Shown: positions 59,301-64,000 of the stretch, one piece after another
Layout: each line of letters opens with the position of its first letter
How positions within the stretch are numbered: position 1 is the stretch's first letter
From: an uncultured Bacilli bacterium
Lineage (GTDB): Bacteria > Bacillota_I > Bacilli_A > RF39 > UBA660
Direction of reading: 5' to 3'
Assembly: GCA_944372425.1 (NCBI GenBank)
Contig: CALVZC010000005.1
Coordinates: 332-64,331 of the forward strand
Length of the DNA stretch: 64,000 nucleotides
Translations under genes and position numbers: made by a program
The notes under the pieces: model-generated
The model's database searches: none
The model's input: the letters and a program-made list of their open reading frames with translations, nothing else
What the model was told of the DNA's origin: nothing

Positions 59301-60911
59301 AAATTATCTCCGGATGGTACATTGGATTATAATTTAGCTGATAGGGTTATCAAAATGTTCTGTGGATTTGCTGGAATCGATACCTTAGAACAAGCAAAAG
59401 AATATATTGCAAGAAAAGTTAAAACTGCTGATTCAAGAAATAGAAATGCTTCTAATTCAAATATGGTCTTGGAACAAGGAGATTTTGTAAAAGGAATTGG
59501 TGATATAACATATTTAAGAAACATTTTACAAAATGGTAGTGTTTCGAAAGAATATCTGGGTTCAAGTGCTGGCAGTGATGCTACTCCACTTGATACTGAC
59601 ATATCGGTAATTCGTGCCTCATACGGAACAGTAAAAGGAAAAATGGGATCAACTATTGCCTCAACTTATGGCCCTATATATTTCGTATTAAAAAATGATG
59701 ATAGGTTTATGATTACTAGAACTAGTAATGAAACGTTAGAAACAAAATTGGATATGTCTAAAATGGAAGTATTTTATACTGGAGTTCTAGGAGAAGGGCA
59801 TTATGGAATTAGAACAGGTTTTGCTTCAAGTGAAATAAATTATATTGTTATGGAAAATTATGACCCAAGAGTTGGGCTAGAGATTGCAATGAATGGGTTC
59901 TATATTCCTGTATCAAATATGGAAGGTAAAATTGTATTTACTCCAAAAAATTATGACGAATTAAGAGAAAAAATGAGTGGATTGTCATACTTTGGAGAAT
60001 ACAACTATTGTTTTTCTGAAAATTTAGTGACTGAAGAAACAGAATATTTAGCGCAACAAATAGAACAAAACAATTATGAAGTTAAAGTAAAAGTAAAAAA
60101 AATTAATAGTATTATTAAGGAATCTCTTGAAGAATTGGGACTACATTTGAAAACTAACATTGATGGTGATTTAACTGAAGGAATTGTAGAATTAATTGAT
60201 ACTGGATCAACTGGAAGAGGAACAAATGAACCTGGTGATGGTGATTTTGATTTTATGATGCGATTAGACAAAACAATATTATCAAATCCTTCAAGATTAA
60301 ATGAATTAAAACAAACTATATTAAAAAAGCTCGGTAGAGAAAATTCTACTGAATTAACAGCAACTGGAGATTTTAGATTAAAGCGTGTTCAAATAGACAA
60401 CGATACTAGCGTAGACATTGATATTACATTTGGCGAAAAAACAGATAAAGTATTATATTCGACAGACATGGCATTACAAGATAGATTAGCAACTATTCAA
60501 AGAACAGATCAAGAAAAATATAAATATGTAGTTGCAAATATTCTGCTTGCCAAACAAGTGTTAAAAAATGCAAAAGTATATAAGCCTAATCGAGGAGAAG
60601 TACCTCAAGGAGGTTTAGGTGGAGTTGGAATAGAAAATTGGATTCTTCAAAATGGTGGTTCGTTTATAGATGCTGCTAGAAGTTTTGTTGAAGCAGCTGA
60701 TGGTAAAAGTTTTTCTGAATTTCAATCAACTTATCAGATATGGGATTTTGGAGATAATCATTTAGCAGAAAGAAGAGGACAATACGCCCATGATAATTTT
60801 GTCGCTAATAATATGAATGATGCAGGTTATACTAAAATGGTACAAACATTAAAGGAATATTTAAAATCAAAGCAAATGTCTCAAATTGAAACCGAAAGTG
60901 TAAAACGATAA
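56364..60911 (+). CDS. 1515-aa multidomain protein: internal repeats + putative ART-like region + Pol-beta-superfamily nucleotidyltransferase
   Basis: Three copies of (L/M)F(I/L)....P.E....FY. GDFVKG...LRNILQNGSVSKE. TGSTGRGTNEPGDGDFDF...VDIDI...LAKQVLK...VY...GGLGGVGIENWILQNGGSF. Confidence 0.7.
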   Translation: MNYKYHRRQIFGKRLKVPKYILNKVYNCTLSFNEFIEYQLDDKIPISCIVAYDRKIVEKFGIDKCKELDWELINNGITDNNINFRNMLMSISSQTEDINQTLYKLVKNQIKPSDYSQKMSEIYSARLFKISPYSKDEFVHLKKSFNDGKISLKEIISNWELFKDKDLSYCLLKDTANENHITDAMLKELMSNYGILISLIVENNDAYTFINNFSNLSSEEEKHDYLKQFTDNILSKTYGNYGNNRPPIKLTDKQYREIFKYSSIEEYLKVFNYGNLPEKLINELQELPEDYLFNMPIPFSTLLDFSVLSFIETCGLRNIVDFDNECGHFFTKNNCEILKLMNGMYFQYGNYTIDKNDDRLYTKDEFYEVMRKIIIYGPSDSRYDDKIPDYREIIGDFREKNSDLFISEQAPEELQKLFYTKSLTPQILLEHPEYIQYLNGKNLISCFKNREIIVKDSNGLYADENIYKFLSSKTNFNGIMNFITEYSDVLDIVFNHYMVHIIGYKTIFTIDDDINQIEDKIHETLRKIIIENNLAYPHHIPKHLIEKCPTMFLDKNAPKELQEAFYSRTISSEFILSNPSYREYLKNVDLEILFKYMSVKIISEGKYRQINLVSSIKQIFGSDDAFDVMLLYGKYIEKVFEDNKLEDLVLNSNFSKDALLDKLDETILKNIIDGNMKYDENIPSHFKNNNPTLFLGANVPQEIKNKFYNREFTIKDFSDNPELFDIFGKTNIACGFSKSMSWIIPLFGNYENLTIANYNRMKVILAYSKIQDVQIQKEFKKYVMELGANIDVEKIEYVSEVLSRLSLSNSSEIFAFRKEIATQILRTEDPLESLSKIEAVFIKNNIPTVGKIYSCFEILHPDFQGFDFERSMISPVLKKSSTTGKKVIVLSDLIKSSFGSNNRSVNSYLKNIEFCSNLYERIKSGQILFNSLGEVEIGELTTFCNHLATLYNNTMKAKKGNDTFKSTGHVLTDILELSKKLSPDGTLDYNLADRVIKMFCGFAGIDTLEQAKEYIARKVKTADSRNRNASNSNMVLEQGDFVKGIGDITYLRNILQNGSVSKEYLGSSAGSDATPLDTDISVIRASYGTVKGKMGSTIASTYGPIYFVLKNDDRFMITRTSNETLETKLDMSKMEVFYTGVLGEGHYGIRTGFASSEINYIVMENYDPRVGLEIAMNGFYIPVSNMEGKIVFTPKNYDELREKMSGLSYFGEYNYCFSENLVTEETEYLAQQIEQNNYEVKVKVKKINSIIKESLEELGLHLKTNIDGDLTEGIVELIDTGSTGRGTNEPGDGDFDFMMRLDKTILSNPSRLNELKQTILKKLGRENSTELTATGDFRLKRVQIDNDTSVDIDITFGEKTDKVLYSTDMALQDRLATIQRTDQEKYKYVVANILLAKQVLKNAKVYKPNRGEVPQGGLGGVGIENWILQNGGSFIDAARSFVEAADGKSFSEFQSTYQIWDFGDNHLAERRGQYAHDNFVANNMNDAGYTKMVQTLKEYLKSKQMSQIETESVKR

Positions 60912-60940
60912 CTTATCATTATAAGTTATCGTTTTTATTT
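60906..60940 (+). terminator. Rho-independent terminator
   Basis: CGATAACTTA-tcatta-TAAGTTATCG plus T-run. Confidence 0.75.
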
Positions 60941-61499
60941 TTATCAAATTTAGTTATTTGTTTATTAATTGATTCTTTCTTATATTTTAAATCATTTACT
61001 TCATTGTCAAGTTTAGTTATCTTTTTTTAAGCCCTTTAACTTTTGTTTTTTTTTATGATTAATGTTTAATCAATAGATGTAATTAAATTCTTTAAAAAAT
61101 TATTTATTCATTTTATTTTAAAATAGCTATTAATTACTATTTTGTAAAAATGTAAGTTTTGCTAACTTGTCTTATTAGACTTGTTTTGCAATTTTCTTTG
61201 ATTGGAAAATCAACAATGTAAATGTGGAAAATTTTCATCAAGATGTGTATTATCGATACTCATAAAAGTGTGAAACTTTTATCTTAATATTGTTATGATA
61301 GTAGTCTCTTATATTAAAAAAACTAATCCATTTCTGAATTAGTTATTTATCAAAACTCGAAAAGTTCGAGCACATTTCACTATGGAGCGAGTGTTGTAGT
61401 TATCTACAACTCTTTTCCAATAACGAAAGAGTACATATAATTTTCCGTTGCTATTAATAATATAACATATTTTTAATATTTGGGGAATATATTTTTTGA

Positions 61500-62978
61500 T
61501 TAATTAATGTATTCTTGCATTTTATCATAAATTCGATTTTTTAATTCCCGCAAGTCATCCGTATCTTTGTATTCTATATCAATGTGTTCTGGTATTTTTT
61601 TATGTGGCACAGAATTTTTACTAATATCCTTTTTAAATTCTGAAATTTGATATTGAATAAATTCTATTTTCTCTGAGTCATTTAATGGTGTGAATTCACA
61701 TATTAAATTTATTCTAGATTTAAATTCTGGAGACATTTTGTTATCAAATTCGGCTTCATTTTCAATATTTGAAGTGAATACAATAATATATCCATTTAAA
61801 TCATATTCACGACTCATAGAATCAGTAAATTTACCATCCTCAAGTAGTTCAAGAAAGAAATTTTTAATTTCAGAGTCTGCTTTTTCAAATTCATCACAAA
61901 TTATAACTCCAACTGGATTATTATTGATTTTTTTACTTAATTCTCCACCATCGCATCCAATATATCCCGCTGGACTACCAATTAAACTATTCAAAGCATC
62001 TTGACTAGAATAATTTCCAAAATTTATTTTTATAAAGTTTGATTTTGGATTTATTGTTTTACTAAGAATTTTTCCAATTTCTGTTTTTCCTAAACCAGGC
62101 TTACCAAGTAAAAATATTGAAAAAATTTTTCTTTTTTTTATTTTATTTAATAAAAGAAATTTTTTTAAATTATTTTTAAGATTATTTTTAAAATTAGTAT
62201 GACCAATAAGATTATTATCTATATTAGACATCAACAATGATATTTCTTCTTCTTTTAAATCAATTATTCGTCTTAACTTTTTTGCGTTTTCTGATGGAAG
62301 CATTGCTTTAGGTATATTTTCAAATAGTTTTGAAATATTTAAATATTCAGAAAAGGTTAATTTTAAGTATCTTTTTACATCTTCTAATTTATCTGCTTCA
62401 ACAATAATAGTTGTTTTTTCATTCATAGTAGAAAAAAATTGTTCTAATAAATATATTATATGTTCTGCACCTTTCATATTCTGTAAGGTACTCGTAATAT
62501 CTATAATTAATTCGTTGTCATAATTTTTAACTAAGGGTAGATTAGCGAAATTAGTTAATATTATTTTTCTCTTATTGCATTCATCTTCAATAGCTGTAAA
62601 TTGCTCTTCATTATAGTAATAAATTTTGTGCCTTATATTTTTTTCTAATATATTTCTTTCTTCCTTCTTATTATAAATTGGTGTTGCATCTTCGAATATT
62701 GTTGGAAATATATTTAATGCTTCATCTACATATTGTGAAGAAATTATTAGCTTATTGCTTTTGTCCAGTTTTTTTAGACTTAATCTTACTGAATATATAT
62801 GTATGTTTTCTTTACTTACATATAATATTAAATCTGTGATATCAATTATGGTATCAGTTATATCATCAAGTTTACCTTTAGAATCTATTATTTCGAAACC
62901 ATTTATATTTCCGTTATTTTCATTATAATATTGATCAAATTCGGCTTTATTTCTGTAATAATACAATCTACTTCTCAT
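61500..62978 (-). CDS. dolB: ClpB-D2-like AAA+ ATPase, Dodola DolB-like
   Basis: GKPGLGKTE, LIGSPAGYIG, CDEFEKA, LLEDGKFTD, FTSN, PEFKSRI. Single AAA domain with a unique N-terminus. Confidence 0.75.
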   Translation of the reverse strand: MRSRLYYYRNKAEFDQYYNENNGNINGFEIIDSKGKLDDITDTIIDITDLILYVSKENIHIYSVRLSLKKLDKSNKLIISSQYVDEALNIFPTIFEDATPIYNKKEERNILEKNIRHKIYYYNEEQFTAIEDECNKRKIILTNFANLPLVKNYDNELIIDITSTLQNMKGAEHIIYLLEQFFSTMNEKTTIIVEADKLEDVKRYLKLTFSEYLNISKLFENIPKAMLPSENAKKLRRIIDLKEEEISLLMSNIDNNLIGHTNFKNNLKNNLKKFLLLNKIKKRKIFSIFLLGKPGLGKTEIGKILSKTINPKSNFIKINFGNYSSQDALNSLIGSPAGYIGCDGGELSKKINNNPVGVIICDEFEKADSEIKNFFLELLEDGKFTDSMSREYDLNGYIIVFTSNIENEAEFDNKMSPEFKSRINLICEFTPLNDSEKIEFIQYQISEFKKDISKNSVPHKKIPEHIDIEYKDTDDLRELKNRIYDKMQEYIN

Positions 62979-63897
62979 TATTCCTTTGTCCTTTCAAAAA
63001 ATTTAAAATTTTTCTATACCATGGAAGAGGTTTTTCTTTCGGTTCTTCTTTAAAGTTAATATCTTGAATTATTGCAATAATATCTATATAATGATATTCA
63101 TCATTATTTGTTTTTTTTGCTTTGTTTTCAGTAGTTTGAATATTGCTTTGTATAATTTTAGAATTTTTTATATCTTTTGTAATACCACCATTTGTTATAA
63201 AATAATTAAGAGTGTTGTTTGTTATGTCAGAAATTTTGTTTTTATTTTTATAAATGCCTATAAGACTTACTTTTCCAAGCAAAAGGTCATCTACATTATA
63301 ATTATTTTCAAATTCATTTTCTATCTCAAAAGGAATTTTAATAATAATTTTGTTTTTATTATCATTTTCTATTTGTCCTATTAAAATATATGAGTAATCC
63401 TTTATTATAGAATTTACTATGTTGTTAATATCTAATCCTTCGACTTTCATGCCTTTTAGTGCATCACGCTTTAATAAAAGCATTTGTCGCAAAGTATCTT
63501 TATCAAATATTGAGAGTTGTATATTATCTATTTTTATTAAATCTCCTTCATTTAAATCATTTATTTTTTTGCCATTTATACATTTTGCTTTGATTTTATT
63601 AAGTAAAATAGACTTAGTAGTTTTAATATCTAGACTTTCAATAATTTTTGATGATGAAGTGTTTTCAGAAGCCTTATTTGATTCAATTACTGATTTTATG
63701 CTTGCTAAGTATTTTGAATCGGTTTGAATTGTACCTCCTAAAGAAGCTTTAGTACTTTTAGATGTTTTAAAACTGTTATTTTTTTCTCGCTGAATACTTG
63801 TTACTATAGTATTGTTTATCATCATGGAAATCTCATAAACTTTACTTAAGTTTAAATAATATATATTAAAACATTTATCTATAGAATAATCTTTCAT
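62968..63897 (-). CDS. dolA: DUF6414-like protein, Dodola DolA-like
   Basis: N-terminal IYYLN...YE, central S/T-rich strand and C-terminal IDIIAIIQ typical of DUF6414. Overlaps the ATPase gene. Confidence 0.7.
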   Translation of the reverse strand: MKDYSIDKCFNIYYLNLSKVYEISMMINNTIVTSIQREKNNSFKTSKSTKASLGGTIQTDSKYLASIKSVIESNKASENTSSSKIIESLDIKTTKSILLNKIKAKCINGKKINDLNEGDLIKIDNIQLSIFDKDTLRQMLLLKRDALKGMKVEGLDINNIVNSIIKDYSYILIGQIENDNKNKIIIKIPFEIENEFENNYNVDDLLLGKVSLIGIYKNKNKISDITNNTLNYFITNGGITKDIKNSKIIQSNIQTTENKAKKTNNDEYHYIDIIAIIQDINFKEEPKEKPLPWYRKILNFLKGQRNNEK

Positions 63898-64000
63898 TTT
63901 TAATCCTCTTTTCTAAGAAATAATTTGTTTTTTATTATATCACTTCGTTTAATTTTTTGAAATAAATATCTAGTTAATCTAGAACAATTAGTAGATTTAT

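Noticed and set aside
56364-60911. Canonical CBASS operon
   Set aside because: The NTase is embedded in a giant monocistronic protein. No Cap2/Cap3 or SAVED/patatin/TM effector gene is adjacent.
1-64000. CRISPR array, cas genes, rRNA or complete tRNA genes
   Set aside because: No regularly spaced repeat-spacer array and no full cloverleaf or rRNA-like stretch was seen in any intergenic region.

Overview
Very AT-rich Firmicutes DNA using the standard code (TGA used as stop). Gene style suggests an uncultured reduced-genome Bacilli lineage such as RF39/UBA660; this is inference. Five blocks are visible. (1) 1-7.6 kb: acyl-CoA ligase, hybrid histidine kinase, an eroded AbiEii remnant, and a cassette of a secreted protein, two membrane proteins and an ABC ATPase. 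The secreted gene is bracketed by a 27-bp inverted repeat. (2) ~7.6-26.4 kb: a decaying tyrosine-integrase/MobV integrative element loaded with defence genes: broken Fic, SMEK-STAND Avs4-like protein, fused adenine MTase + AlwI-family endonuclease, frameshifted GmrSD with a SeqA-like tail, and a HEPN-motif protein. (3) 26.5-34.1 kb, the best candidate for an undescribed system: HTH protein, NusG-KOW fusion, catalytically dead PolC fused to a dead DnaB-like ATPase, a second dead DnaB-like protein, then an intact-motif RNase J-like MBL hydrolase and a PD-(D/E)XK nuclease. (4) 34-49.7 kb: mostly ordinary genes (PepSY, ABC transporters, CDF, UcpA, CotD-like, CapA, NAGPA, MarR, pdp). (5) 50-64 kb: IS481 and IS30 remnants, a HopA1-like repeat protein, a 1515-aa repeat + ART-like + nucleotidyltransferase protein, and a Dodola-like pair. 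All family assignments come from motif recognition by eye; no searches were run.
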